Source: Fidelibacterota bacterium (GTDB lineage: Bacteria; Fidelibacterota; UBA8477; JABMPR01). Taken from it: a stretch of DNA of 64,000 bases. The notes beneath the pieces were generated by a model. The model ran no database searches and was not told where the DNA came from. It worked only from the letters and a program-made list of their open reading frames with translations. Where the stretch lies: positions 69,256 to 133,255 of the forward strand of contig JABHBL010000056.1 in the NCBI GenBank assembly GCA_018673925.1, in the 5' to 3' direction. Below, in pieces: positions 17,865-27,406 of this stretch. Position numbers and translations under genes: made by a program. Position 1 is the first letter of the stretch; each line of letters begins with the position of its first letter.

Positions 17865-20129
17865 ATGTCGAAATCCACTCAGATAATTGGTGCCAGACTT
17901 AAACGCGATGATGCTCGTGGTAAGACCACAGGTGAAACCAAGTTTCTTACTGATATCAAAGTAGATAACATGCTGCATGCTGCCCCCGTATTTTCACAGG
18001 TAGCTTATGGCAAGCTCCTTGGGATTGATACTCGTGTCGCTGAAAATGACCCCGATTATATAGCTTTTTTCTCAGCAAAGGATATTCCTGGTGAAAATCA
18101 AGTCGGGGTGATTCTGGAAGACCAACCGCTAATGGCTGCTGATGTTGTTCGCTATGTTGGTGACAGTGTGGGCATTCTCATTGCCGAAACGGCTGAAGCA
18201 GCTCAACGACTGGCCAGGCTTGTCAGTGTAAACATTGATCCCTTTGATCCGGTTTTTTCCATTGATGAGAGTCGTAATGCTAAAGTAAACCTGCTCCATG
18301 AAACCAATTTGGCCTGCCAGCATCAAGTCAAGCGTGGAGACCCTGATAAAGCATTCGCTGAAGCAGACCATGTTATTGAAGCGAGATTTGAAACCCCCTT
18401 TCAAGAACACTATTATCTTGAGCCGCAAGCTTGCATTGCTCAGTGCAGCCCTGATGGTAGTATTGATATTTTGGGATCAATTCAGTGTCCCTTCTATGTT
18501 CAAAAAGCAGTTTCGAAAGCGTTGGCTATCCCCTTTTCAAAAATCCGGGTAGAGCAATCTCCTACAGGTGGTGCCTTCGGGGGTAAAGAAGATATTCCCT
18601 CAGAGACCTGCACTCGAGTAGCATTAGCAGCTCTGCTTCTCAAGCGATCCATTAAAATGGTATATGATCGAACCACTGATGTTCAACTTACCAGCAAGCG
18701 CCACCCCTTTCAAATGTACTACAAGGTGGGTGTATCAAAATCCGGAAAGTTACTGGCTGCAGAAATCAAGCTGGAAGAAAATGCAGGAGCCTACGCCACA
18801 TTGTCATCTGTGGTCTCTTATCGCTCGGCCATGCAGGCTATGGGGCCGTATGTTATAGACAACATCTCTGTAGAGTCTAAATCCTATTATACCAATCTGC
18901 CCCCTACTGGAGCTTTCCGGGGATTCGGCTCCCCCCAGGCTGCGTTTGGCCATGAACGTATGATGGATGTCATTGCCGAGAAGCTGAATATGGACCCCAT
19001 AGAGATACGTTTACAAAACATCTTGAAAGTCGACACATCAACGCTCACAGGTCATCACCTAAAAAGCAGTGTTGGGGCTGAAGAAACCCTGGTAACAGCG
19101 GCCAGTGCCTGTGATTGGTCAAATCGAAAATCAAACGATGATTCTCGTTGGAAAACTGGCTATGGGGTTTCTCTCATACATTATGGGAATTGTCTGGGTG
19201 CTGCTGGCTGGTTTATGGATGGCAGCGGCGTCAAGATCAAGATCCACCGTGATGGTTCCATCTCAGTCGCATTTGGTCTCATCGAAATGGGACAAGGAGC
19301 GCTCAGCGTCGTCCAGCAAATGACTGCGGAAGCCCTGGGAGTGGAGCCTTCGAGAATTACTGTTTTACCCACAGATACTGAACAGGTACCTGATAGTGGT
19401 CCTTCAGTCGCCAGCAGAAATGTAGTCATGACGGGAAACGCAATTCGGGATGCGGCGAGCAAATTACTACCCATCCTGAAAGAAGCTGCCGCTGAACTCA
19501 TGCAGTGCGATCTGAATGAAATCAATATCGAGTATGGGGCAGTAAGTAATATTCGGAATGGTGAAACGCTGAGTTTTGCGGAGCTCAGTAATTATCTCTA
19601 CTTGTCCAACCGCCCCATGGATGTCTTGGGCTGGTGGCATGTGCCAGAACTTGATTATGATGCAGTAAATGGAGTTGGTGAGGCCTACTTCACCTATTCT
19701 TATGCTACTCATATCGCTCGAGTCAATGTTGATACGCTCACTGGTCAGGTCAAGGTGGATAAAATTTGGGCTTCCCATGATGTGGGAAGAGCCATTAACC
19801 CTGCTGGCCTGGAGGCTCAAATTGAAGGAGGAACTGCCCAGGGAATTGGCTGGGCTTTAACAGAGCATTTCAAAGTTGAGGGAGGTAAAGTCTTAACTGA
19901 CAATCTCACTACCTATCTTTTACCAACAGCTCTTGATGTTGGTGCAATCGAATCAATCCTAGTGGAAGATCCTGAACCTGAGGGTCCCTGGGGTGCTAAA
20001 GGTATCGGTGAGCCAGCCATCATTCCAACAGCTGCAGCTATAACCAATGCTGTGAGTAATGCCTTGGGGATATCAGTTGCTCATATTCCCATAACGCCTG
20101 AATACATTTTAGAAATGGTAGGTGAATGA
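17865..20129 (+). CDS. Xanthine dehydrogenase/aldehyde oxidase family molybdopterin-binding large subunit
   Basis: 754 aa. Family motifs GGAFGGKE, FRGFGSPQ, GEPAIIPTAAAITNA. Its stop overlaps the start region of ssnA. Confidence 0.9.
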   Translation: MSKSTQIIGARLKRDDARGKTTGETKFLTDIKVDNMLHAAPVFSQVAYGKLLGIDTRVAENDPDYIAFFSAKDIPGENQVGVILEDQPLMAADVVRYVGDSVGILIAETAEAAQRLARLVSVNIDPFDPVFSIDESRNAKVNLLHETNLACQHQVKRGDPDKAFAEADHVIEARFETPFQEHYYLEPQACIAQCSPDGSIDILGSIQCPFYVQKAVSKALAIPFSKIRVEQSPTGGAFGGKEDIPSETCTRVALAALLLKRSIKMVYDRTTDVQLTSKRHPFQMYYKVGVSKSGKLLAAEIKLEENAGAYATLSSVVSYRSAMQAMGPYVIDNISVESKSYYTNLPPTGAFRGFGSPQAAFGHERMMDVIAEKLNMDPIEIRLQNILKVDTSTLTGHHLKSSVGAEETLVTAASACDWSNRKSNDDSRWKTGYGVSLIHYGNCLGAAGWFMDGSGVKIKIHRDGSISVAFGLIEMGQGALSVVQQMTAEALGVEPSRITVLPTDTEQVPDSGPSVASRNVVMTGNAIRDAASKLLPILKEAAAELMQCDLNEINIEYGAVSNIRNGETLSFAELSNYLYLSNRPMDVLGWWHVPELDYDAVNGVGEAYFTYSYATHIARVNVDTLTGQVKVDKIWASHDVGRAINPAGLEAQIEGGTAQGIGWALTEHFKVEGGKVLTDNLTTYLLPTALDVGAIESILVEDPEPEGPWGAKGIGEPAIIPTAAAITNAVSNALGISVAHIPITPEYILEMVGE

Positions 20130-20130
20130 G

Positions 20131-21441
20131 ATGGAACAGCTTTTATTACACAATTTGCACATCATTGATCCTTTTGGCGAACGAGAATTTCTGGAACATG
20201 CTTCCATTCTCATTGAAGATGAAGTCATCAAGTTTGTCGGTCGAGGTTTCTCACATGTTGGCTTTGAGGGACAAATATTGGACATGGAGGGTAAAATAGT
20301 TTTACCTGGAATTATCAATGCCCACACTCACCTATACTCAACACTGGCCATGGGAATGCACCCACCTCAAAAATCACCAAAAAATTTCGTTGAACATCTC
20401 GAAGAGGTCTGGTGGAAATTAGATCGTGGACTGGATAAGGCATCTGTGCTGGCCTCCTTTGAAGCCGGGCTCATGGATTGCATTCAGAATGGTACCACAA
20501 CCATTATTGATCATCACGCCAGTCCAAACCTTGTTGAGGGTTCTTTAGATCTACTGGCAAAGGTAGCGGAATCGTTCGGCATGAATATCAGTCTTTGTTT
20601 TGAGAGCTCAGACAGAAACGGTGAGGCGAACTTTAAGGATGAACTCTCAGAAAATATACGCGCCATAAGAAAATACACCTCAAATCCTTACATCTCACCC
20701 CGCCTCGGACTGCACGCTTCTTTTACGCTTTCAGATGAATCTTTAGAAAGAGTGAGCAAAGCTCTGAAGGATTTCCCTGATTGCGGTATTCATATCCATG
20801 TTGCTGAGGACCTTGCTGACGAAAAGGATGCCCAGGCCAGAGGATATCGTTCAGTAATTCAGCGGTTGGATGATTTTAATCTACTCTCCAATCAATCTCT
20901 GATTATTCATGGCATCTTTATGACACGCGAGGATCGACATATCTTGCTAAAACATGGCTGCAAGCTGGTTCATAATCCGACATCAAATGCAAATAATCAG
21001 GTTGGCGTACTGGAGACTGAGATTATCGAATCCATGGGTCCAGGTTTGGGAACCGATGGCATGCAGAACAACATGCTCAAAGAAGCCAAAGAAGGTACAC
21101 TGGTACGAGCCGCCACAGAAAGTCCATCAGTTGACTATCTGGAGCTCCTCTTTCAGAATAATCCCGATATTGCTGTAAAAATATTCGGAAAATTAATAGG
21201 ACACATTGAGGAAGAAGCCCAGGCTGATCTGGTATTTTATGATTATGATTCTCGAACAGAGTTAAATGCAGACAATTATGGTGCTCACCTGCTCTTTGGA
21301 CTGGGGAAACCTTCAGATGTCATGACTCGGGGAAGATTTCGTCTGCGTAACCAACAACTGGTAGGAATGGATGAGTCCCGTATTCGTGAGAATGCTCGCA
21401 AGCAAAGCAAACGACTTTGGGCGGCAATGAAAGTACTCTAA
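20131..21441 (+). CDS. ssnA: SsnA-type putative aminohydrolase (selenium-metabolism-linked amidohydrolase family)
   Basis: Amidohydrolase HxH (NAHTHLYS). Blocks VWWKLDRGLD and TTIIDHHASP match E. coli SsnA as I recall it. ATG at 20131 is preferred (AGGTGA RBS) over the track's GTG at 20122. Confidence 0.85.
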   Translation: MEQLLLHNLHIIDPFGEREFLEHASILIEDEVIKFVGRGFSHVGFEGQILDMEGKIVLPGIINAHTHLYSTLAMGMHPPQKSPKNFVEHLEEVWWKLDRGLDKASVLASFEAGLMDCIQNGTTTIIDHHASPNLVEGSLDLLAKVAESFGMNISLCFESSDRNGEANFKDELSENIRAIRKYTSNPYISPRLGLHASFTLSDESLERVSKALKDFPDCGIHIHVAEDLADEKDAQARGYRSVIQRLDDFNLLSNQSLIIHGIFMTREDRHILLKHGCKLVHNPTSNANNQVGVLETEIIESMGPGLGTDGMQNNMLKEAKEGTLVRAATESPSVDYLELLFQNNPDIAVKIFGKLIGHIEEEAQADLVFYDYDSRTELNADNYGAHLLFGLGKPSDVMTRGRFRLRNQQLVGMDESRIRENARKQSKRLWAAMKVL

Positions 21442-21480
21442 GTCGATACCTAAGTAATTGAATAGAAAGACACAGACAGA

Positions 21481-22713
21481 ATGAAGATTGATTTTGCACA
21501 AATACTCAACCAGGCAGAAAAATATCGACCAGAGATTTCCAGGTTTTTGAGAGACATGATTGCCATCCCCAGCGAAAGCACCCAGGAAGAACAGGTCATC
21601 TTGCGTATCAAGGAAGAGATGGAAAAAGTTGGATTCGATAAGATTGAGATTGATGAGATGGGTAATATATATGGCACCATCGGTCATGGCTCCCATGTCA
21701 TCGCCATGGATGCACATATTGACACGGTAGGTGTGGGTAATCTAGAAAACTGGGATGTGGATCCCTATGAAGGTTTTGAGGATGATGAAATCATCATGGG
21801 TCGGGGAGCCTCCGATCAAGAAGGTGGTATGGCCAGTATGGTTTACGCTGGAAAAATTATCAAGGATCTTGATCTTGAAGCTGACTACACGCTGGTGATT
21901 ACCGGTACTGTTCAGGAAGAGGATTGTGATGGGTTGTGCTGGCAGTACATCATGGATAATAAGAAGATTCAACCTGAATTTGTGGTTAGCACGGAGCCAA
22001 CCTCATGCAGAATTTATCGTGGTCAACGTGGACGCATGGAAATCAAGGTCACTACCTCGGGGATCAGCGCACATGGTTCAGCACCGGAACGGGGTGATAA
22101 TGCTATCTACAAGATGGCCCCAATTCTCCTGGAGCTTCAAGAGTTAAATACACGCCTGGCAGACCATGACTTTCTCGGGAAAGGTTCTTTGACAGTATCC
22201 GAGGTGTTTTTTACCTCCCCTTCTCGTTGCGCAGTAGCTGATGGTTGTTCAATTTCTGTGGATCGTCGTCTAACAGTTGGCGAAACTGCAGAGTCGGCAT
22301 TGGATGAAATCAAGAATCTACCCTCGGTAAAGGCCGGGAAAGCAATAGTGGAGATGTATGACTACGAGCGACCGAGTTATACAGGTTTCAGCTATCGTAC
22401 AGAGGCCTATTTCCCAACCTGGCTGATAGAAGAAGATCATGTGGCAACCACATCCCTGGTTGATTCCTACAAAGGGTTGTTCAAAGAGGAACCCGTGGTT
22501 GATAAGTGGACTTTTTCGACCAATGGTGTGGCTATTATGGGAAAATATGGTGTGCCCTGTATTGGTTTTGGTCCTGGAGCCGAAGAAGAAGCACATGCCC
22601 CCAATGAAAAAACCTGGAAAGATCATCTGGTAAAGGCTGCAGCGATGTATGCTACAATACCACTGGCATATTTGAACCAATTGGACAACAATGCAATGAG
22701 ATCAAGAAATTAA
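21481..22713 (+). CDS. ygeY: YgeY-family M20 peptidase/hydrolase (selenium-metabolism-linked)
   Basis: Long collinear similarity to E. coli YgeY as recalled ([67 protein letters not shown]). Confidence 0.9.
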   Translation: MKIDFAQILNQAEKYRPEISRFLRDMIAIPSESTQEEQVILRIKEEMEKVGFDKIEIDEMGNIYGTIGHGSHVIAMDAHIDTVGVGNLENWDVDPYEGFEDDEIIMGRGASDQEGGMASMVYAGKIIKDLDLEADYTLVITGTVQEEDCDGLCWQYIMDNKKIQPEFVVSTEPTSCRIYRGQRGRMEIKVTTSGISAHGSAPERGDNAIYKMAPILLELQELNTRLADHDFLGKGSLTVSEVFFTSPSRCAVADGCSISVDRRLTVGETAESALDEIKNLPSVKAGKAIVEMYDYERPSYTGFSYRTEAYFPTWLIEEDHVATTSLVDSYKGLFKEEPVVDKWTFSTNGVAIMGKYGVPCIGFGPGAEEEAHAPNEKTWKDHLVKAAAMYATIPLAYLNQLDNNAMRSRN

Positions 22714-22722
22714 GGGATTGTC

Positions 22723-22792
22723 TTCACCCTTCGAGAACCTCAGGGAGCCAATCCGTGTGTGTCTTGCTGAGCCTGTCGAAGTATGCGCACAC
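22723..22792. repeat. Intergenic palindromic repeat cluster R1 (unit A, a partial inverted unit B, and a full unit B)
   Basis: Unit A TTCACCCTTCGAGAAC (22723-22738). Partial inverted unit B CTTCGAGAACCTCAG (22729-22743). Unit B GTGTCTTGCTGAGCCTGTCGAAG (22759-22781). Related copies lie at 23978-24000, 25545-25567 and 25606-25628. Confidence 0.75.
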
Positions 22793-22806
22793 TTATTAGG
22801 AGCAAC

Positions 22807-23961
22807 ATGAAAGAAAACATCGACAAAATTAAATCCCTGAATCTAGAAAACTATGGTCACGATTTTCTGCTGACATGGAACAAAACCCCAGATGAACTAG
22901 AAGCAACCTTGCTCATGGCAGAACTCTTGAAAGAGCGACACCGACAGGGAAAACCGAACCTGGTTTTTGACTCGGGCCTCGCAGTTTCAATCTTCAGAGA
23001 CAACTCCACAAGGACTCGCTTCAGCTTTGCCTCGGCAGCCAATGCACTGGGACTGGCTGTCTCTGATATGGATGAGGAGAAATCCCAAGTTTCTCACGGC
23101 GAAACAGTTCGAGAAACAGCCAATATGATTTCATTTATGACACGTGTGATTGGTATACGAGATGACATGTATCTTGGAGAAGGTCATAGCTATATGAAAG
23201 AAGTATCCGCAGCTGTACAGGCTGGATTTGAGGAAGGCGTTTTACACAACAGGCCGGGTCTTATCAATCTTCAATGCGATATTGACCATCCTACCCAAAG
23301 CATGTCGGACCTGGCCATGTTAAAAAACTATTTTGGATCGCTGGACAACCTGAAAGGAAAGAAGATTGCTATGTCATGGGCTTATTCACCCAGCTATGGT
23401 AAACCCCTTTCTGTCCCCCAGGGTATTATTGGATTACTCACACGTTATGGAATGGATGTTACTCTGGCGCACCCTGAAGGCTACAGCCTCATTCCAGAGG
23501 TAGTTAAATTAGCAGATAAACAGGCGCAGGTCTCAAGTGGATCCTTTCAGATCACCAATAGCATGGATGAGGCTTTTTCTGGTGCCGATATCGTTTACCC
23601 AAAATCCTGGGCACCTTTCGACGTCATGGAAGAAAGAACGACCTTGCTAAAGCAGGGTGATCAAGCAGGACTAAAAGGGTTAGAGAAGAGCTGTCTCACC
23701 AACAATGCAAAATTCACCGACTGGGAATGTACTGAAGACAAAATGAAACTCACAAAAGGTGGTGAGGCCTTGTACATGCATTGTCTGCCCGCGGATATCA
23801 CCGGAGTGAGTTGCGAGCAGGGAGAGGTGAGTGCATCAGTTTTCGACAAGTACCGCAGAGATACCTATCTGGAGGCCAGTTATAAACCATTTATCATTGC
23901 GGCTATGATGTTTTTGACAAGTCAAAAACATCCGCTTTCGGCTTTGGACAAATTGGCCTAG
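22807..23961 (+). CDS. ygeW: Knotted carbamoyltransferase YgeW
   Basis: Near-collinear match to E. coli YgeW as recalled (DFLLTW..TPDEL, FRDNSTRTRFS, HGETVRETANMISF, NLQCDIDHPTQSM, WAYSPSYGKPLSVPQGIIGL, YMHCLPADI.GVSC). ATG at 22807 follows AGGAG. The track's ATG at 22783 lies inside repeat R1. Confidence 0.92.
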   Translation: MKENIDKIKSLNLENYGHDFLLTWNKTPDELEATLLMAELLKERHRQGKPNLVFDSGLAVSIFRDNSTRTRFSFASAANALGLAVSDMDEEKSQVSHGETVRETANMISFMTRVIGIRDDMYLGEGHSYMKEVSAAVQAGFEEGVLHNRPGLINLQCDIDHPTQSMSDLAMLKNYFGSLDNLKGKKIAMSWAYSPSYGKPLSVPQGIIGLLTRYGMDVTLAHPEGYSLIPEVVKLADKQAQVSSGSFQITNSMDEAFSGADIVYPKSWAPFDVMEERTTLLKQGDQAGLKGLEKSCLTNNAKFTDWECTEDKMKLTKGGEALYMHCLPADITGVSCEQGEVSASVFDKYRRDTYLEASYKPFIIAAMMFLTSQKHPLSALDKLA

Positions 23962-24006
23962 TGTGATGTGTCTGATACTTCGAGAGCCTCAGCATGACAC
24001 ATCCAC
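23961..24006. repeat. Intergenic palindromic repeat R2 (inverted unit B inside an 8-bp-stem hairpin)
   Basis: GATGTGTC (23965-23972) pairs with GACACATC (23996-24003). The loop contains CTTCGAGAGCCTCAGCATGACAC (23978-24000), which is the reverse complement of unit B with 1 mismatch to the 25545 copy. Confidence 0.75.
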
Positions 24007-24065
24007 TTAATGCTTTTAAGACAAACAAATCCGCATAGATCGCGGCTTCTGAAAGAAAGTAAAAA

Positions 24066-25529
24066 ATGAACACTGCACAAATTCTTAAAAACACGATTCA
24101 ACGCTGCAAAGACAATAACATTATACTACCTACTTATAAGCAGATGGCTGACCCAGATTTGATTCCTGAAGGCATCAAGGTAGAACTATCCAATATTGGT
24201 TTGTGGGATCTGAATCCCCGGAATCTTTTCCGTTTGACCTGGCAAAACGAGCCAGTCAGCAAAGGCGGTGGTTTTGGTGAGGTCAACTATATCGAACTAC
24301 CATCAGAATTGACTGGGGTAAAGGCCAGAATCATTGTTCTTGTTGGAAAATTCTTCCCAACGGGTGCCCACAAAGTTGGTGCAACCTTTGGTCCTCTTGT
24401 TGAAAAATTGATCACCGGTCAATTTGATCCAACACGTCAAAAAGCCCTTTGGCCATCCACTGGAAACTATTGTCGTGGTGGTGCCTACGATGGATATCTC
24501 CTGGGTTGCCCCTCTATCGCTGTGCTTCCCGAAGAAATGTCCCGTGAGCGATACGACTGGCTTGAAAAAGTAGGTGCCGAGATCATCCGTACTGAGGGTG
24601 GAGAAGCCAATGTAAAAGAAATCTATGACAAGGTGAAAGAGCTTGAAGCAGAGCGAGGCGACGAGATTGTTACCTTGAATCAGTTTGGTGAGATAGGAAA
24701 TCCCTTGTGGCATTATGCAGTTACTGGAAGAGCCATGGAGAAGGTCTTTAATAATCTGAATTCTGGTGAGCAACGTTTTAGCGGAATGTTTTTGACCCAG
24801 GGTTCTGCTGGCACGCTGGGATCAGCTGATTATTTAAGAACCAAATTTCCAAAAATTAAAGTGGGTGCAGGTGAGGCGCTTCAAGTGCCTACACTGCTTC
24901 AAAATGGATACGGAGCCCACCGTATAGAGGGTATTGGCGACAAACATGTCCCCTGGATTCACAACATGAAAAATATGGATATGGTTATCGGTGTTGATGA
25001 CAATATTTCCATGAACTTGATACGTCTTTTTAATGAGACTGAGGGGCATGCATTACTGAAATCTCAAGGAATCGATCCGGATCTTGTGGATAAACTGGAT
25101 TATCTAGGCATTTCAAGCATAGCCAATATTGCTGGTGCCATCAAAATGGCCAAGTATTACGAGTACAATGAAAATGATGTGGTCTTCACAGTGGCTACAG
25201 ATTCAATGGAAATGTATCAGTCCCGGCTCACAGAGTTAAATCAAGAGCAAGGCGACTATACTGAAATTCGTGCTCATGTTGATTTCGAGCGATACTTGCT
25301 GGGATTGGATGATGAGGGAGTGATGGAGTTGAGCTATCGTGATAAAAAGCGCATGCACAATCTGAAATACTTTACCTGGGTGGAGCAACAGGGGAAAACA
25401 GTAGATGAACTGGATGCCCAATGGTATGATGACCATTATTGGTCTTCAAAATTTGCTCTAGCAGATGAATGGGATGAGAAGATTGAAGCGTTTAATGAGG
25501 AGACAGGGTTATTAAAGAAATATACTTAA
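24066..25529 (+). CDS. Fold-type-II PLP-dependent enzyme, long (487 aa) cysteine-synthase/TrpB-like family; specific function unknown
   Basis: Candidate PLP-lysine context FFPTGAHKVGATFGP. Glycine-rich phosphate loop-like GSAGTLG. Long C-terminal extension. Assignment is at superfamily level only. Confidence 0.65.
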   Translation: MNTAQILKNTIQRCKDNNIILPTYKQMADPDLIPEGIKVELSNIGLWDLNPRNLFRLTWQNEPVSKGGGFGEVNYIELPSELTGVKARIIVLVGKFFPTGAHKVGATFGPLVEKLITGQFDPTRQKALWPSTGNYCRGGAYDGYLLGCPSIAVLPEEMSRERYDWLEKVGAEIIRTEGGEANVKEIYDKVKELEAERGDEIVTLNQFGEIGNPLWHYAVTGRAMEKVFNNLNSGEQRFSGMFLTQGSAGTLGSADYLRTKFPKIKVGAGEALQVPTLLQNGYGAHRIEGIGDKHVPWIHNMKNMDMVIGVDDNISMNLIRLFNETEGHALLKSQGIDPDLVDKLDYLGISSIANIAGAIKMAKYYEYNENDVVFTVATDSMEMYQSRLTELNQEQGDYTEIRAHVDFERYLLGLDDEGVMELSYRDKKRMHNLKYFTWVEQQGKTVDELDAQWYDDHYWSSKFALADEWDEKIEAFNEETGLLKKYT

Positions 25530-25540
25530 TTCAGGATTGT

Positions 25541-25630
25541 GATTGTGTCTTGCTGAGGCTCTCGAAGCAAAAGACACAAGCGCTTCTGTTCACCCCTCGA
25601 GAACACTTCGACAGGCTCAGTGTGACACGC
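25541..25630. repeat. Intergenic palindromic repeat cluster R3 (unit B, unit A, inverted unit B)
   Basis: GTGTCTTGCTGAGGCTCTCGAAG (25545-25567). TTCACCCCTCGAGAAC (25589-25604), 15/16 identical to 22723-22738. CTTCGACAGGCTCAGTGTGACAC (25606-25628). The two B units can pair into a long imperfect hairpin. Confidence 0.75.
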
Positions 25631-25667
25631 TTCACCGATGGGCAAATGGTAATAGAAGGAGACTCTA

Positions 25668-26909
25668 TTGATTCCTGAAGCGATTCTTGGATTACGATGT
25701 GACAACTGCAGTTGGGAAGGACCAGCTGAGCCGTTTTCATACTTATGCCCCACCTGCGGGAAAAATCTAGACTTCATCTACGATTATGATCGTATAGCTT
25801 CGTTCTGTGGTCCCCTATCACTAAATAAGGATCATGATGCCTCTATGTGGCGATATCTCCCACTACTTCCCGTGAAGGCAGCTCCTGAAAACAAGTCTCT
25901 CCGTGTAGGTGGAACTCCCTTGGTGGATTTTCCAAAAATCGCAAGAGAGCACAACATTGGTCAACTACAGATCAAAGACGATACGCGCAACCCGTCGGGG
26001 TCTTTAAAGGATCGGGCCAGTGAGTTGGCCATTCAACACGCCAGAGAACTGGGCAAAAATACCATTGTTGCCGCTTCTACAGGTAATGCTGGCTCCTCGC
26101 TTGCTTCACTTTCCGCTTACCATGGAATGAAGAGTATTATTCTGGCACCAGCCACAGCCCCTATTGCCAAACTGACACAAATTCTTCAGCATGGTGCTCA
26201 ACTGGTTCCAGTAGATGCAAATTATGATACAGCATTTGACCTGGCCTTTGAGTGGGCTCAAAAGCATGAGAGTTATTGTCGCAACACAGGGATAAACCCC
26301 ATCCTGGCGGAAGGCAAAAAGACGGTTGCGCTAGAGATTGCTGAGCAAAACGACTGGAAGGTTCCAGATCATTTATTCGTACCGGTTGGTGATGGCTGTA
26401 TCATATCAGGGGTTTATAAAGGATTCTTCGATCTGCTCTCACTCAAATGGATTGATTCTATGCCAGCCATACATGCTGTGCAGGCAGAAGGTTCAGCGGC
26501 CATTGTTGATAGTCTTGCCCAAGAGGGCGACATTCAGTCGGTTTCAGCGGATACCATAGCCGACAGCATCAGTGTGGATCAACCTCGCGATGGTGACAAA
26601 GCGCGACGGGCAATCACCAGAAGTGGTGGCAAAGGCTTTATGGTGAGTGATGATGATATTCTGAGAGCTCAAAAACGACTCTCAGAAACCACAGGAATAT
26701 TTGCAGAACCTGCAGCAGCAGCAGCCTACGCAGGGTTTTTACAAGCAACTCACGCTGGCATTTTTAAAGCTGGGGACCATGTGGTTGTACTCCTCACAGG
26801 ATCAGGACTAAAAGACACAGCAAGCGCTCAAAAATTGCTCAAACCTGTTGAAGCCGTTAAATCGACACTTGTTGATGTTGAAAATTATCTGGAAAAACTC
26901 CAGGGCTAA
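25668..26909 (+). CDS. Threonine-synthase-like PLP enzyme with N-terminal zinc ribbon
   Basis: TTG start 7 nt after AAGGAG. CDNC...CPTC ribbon. PLP-lysine motif NPSGSLKDRAS. STGNAGSS loop. Fold type II. Confidence 0.75.
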   Translation: MIPEAILGLRCDNCSWEGPAEPFSYLCPTCGKNLDFIYDYDRIASFCGPLSLNKDHDASMWRYLPLLPVKAAPENKSLRVGGTPLVDFPKIAREHNIGQLQIKDDTRNPSGSLKDRASELAIQHARELGKNTIVAASTGNAGSSLASLSAYHGMKSIILAPATAPIAKLTQILQHGAQLVPVDANYDTAFDLAFEWAQKHESYCRNTGINPILAEGKKTVALEIAEQNDWKVPDHLFVPVGDGCIISGVYKGFFDLLSLKWIDSMPAIHAVQAEGSAAIVDSLAQEGDIQSVSADTIADSISVDQPRDGDKARRAITRSGGKGFMVSDDDILRAQKRLSETTGIFAEPAAAAAYAGFLQATHAGIFKAGDHVVVLLTGSGLKDTASAQKLLKPVEAVKSTLVDVENYLEKLQG

Positions 26910-26911
26910 GT

Positions 26912-27406
26912 ATGTTATATCATCCCAAACCCCATAACTTTCATCTGGAAGTCACCATCAATGGTGAGCTGGTTCAACGCGAAATTCCAACCCATTTAAG
27001 ACTATTAGATTTTTTAAGAGAGGACCTGGGTCTCACGGGGAGCAAAGAGGGTTGTGGTGAGGGCGAGTGCGGTGCGTGCACAATCATTCTAAACGGACAA
27101 ACTGTAAATTCATGTCTCATCCTGGCTGTGGAAGTCCATGGAGCTTTCATCATAACTATTGAGGGTTTGGCTGATACCCGAGAACTCACTGAGATGCAAA
27201 AGTCTTTTGAAGACCATCATGCCGTCCAGTGTGGATATTGTATCCCTGGCATGGTCCTCACTGGAGAAAAACTCTTGGAACGAAACCCTCATCCCACCAG
27301 AGATGAAATCAAATATGAATTATCCGGTAATATTTGTCGCTGCACTGGTTATCACAAAATTGTGGACGCAATTGAAAAATCCGGGAATGAAGGGGGTGAA
27401 GCGTGA
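26912..27406 (+). CDS. (2Fe-2S)-binding small subunit of an XDH-family molybdoenzyme
   Basis: GCGEGECGACT and QCGYCIPG...CRCTGY cluster motifs. 4-nt GTGA overlap with the next gene. Confidence 0.92.
   Translation: MLYHPKPHNFHLEVTINGELVQREIPTHLRLLDFLREDLGLTGSKEGCGEGECGACTIILNGQTVNSCLILAVEVHGAFIITIEGLADTRELTEMQKSFEDHHAVQCGYCIPGMVLTGEKLLERNPHPTRDEIKYELSGNICRCTGYHKIVDAIEKSGNEGGEA

Noticed and set aside
22783-22806. The ORF-track start (ATG 22783) for ygeW, and similarly GTG 32264 for the amidohydrolase and GTG 20122 for ssnA.
   Set aside because: These upstream starts lie inside intergenic repeat/hairpin sequence or lack an RBS. The downstream ATGs (22807, 32294, 20131) follow AGGAG-like sites (22807, 20131) or clear the repeat (32294), and match the N-termini of homologues as I recall them.
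24303-24773. Long antisense or alternative-frame ORFs in the track (e.g. 24303-24773, 44877-45398, 48467-48871, 21313-21717, 19181-19820, 897-1272).
   Set aside because: All are fully embedded in, and antisense or out of frame to, ORFs with strong family signatures. Their sequences are low-complexity or biased with no motifs. I treated them as shadow ORFs.
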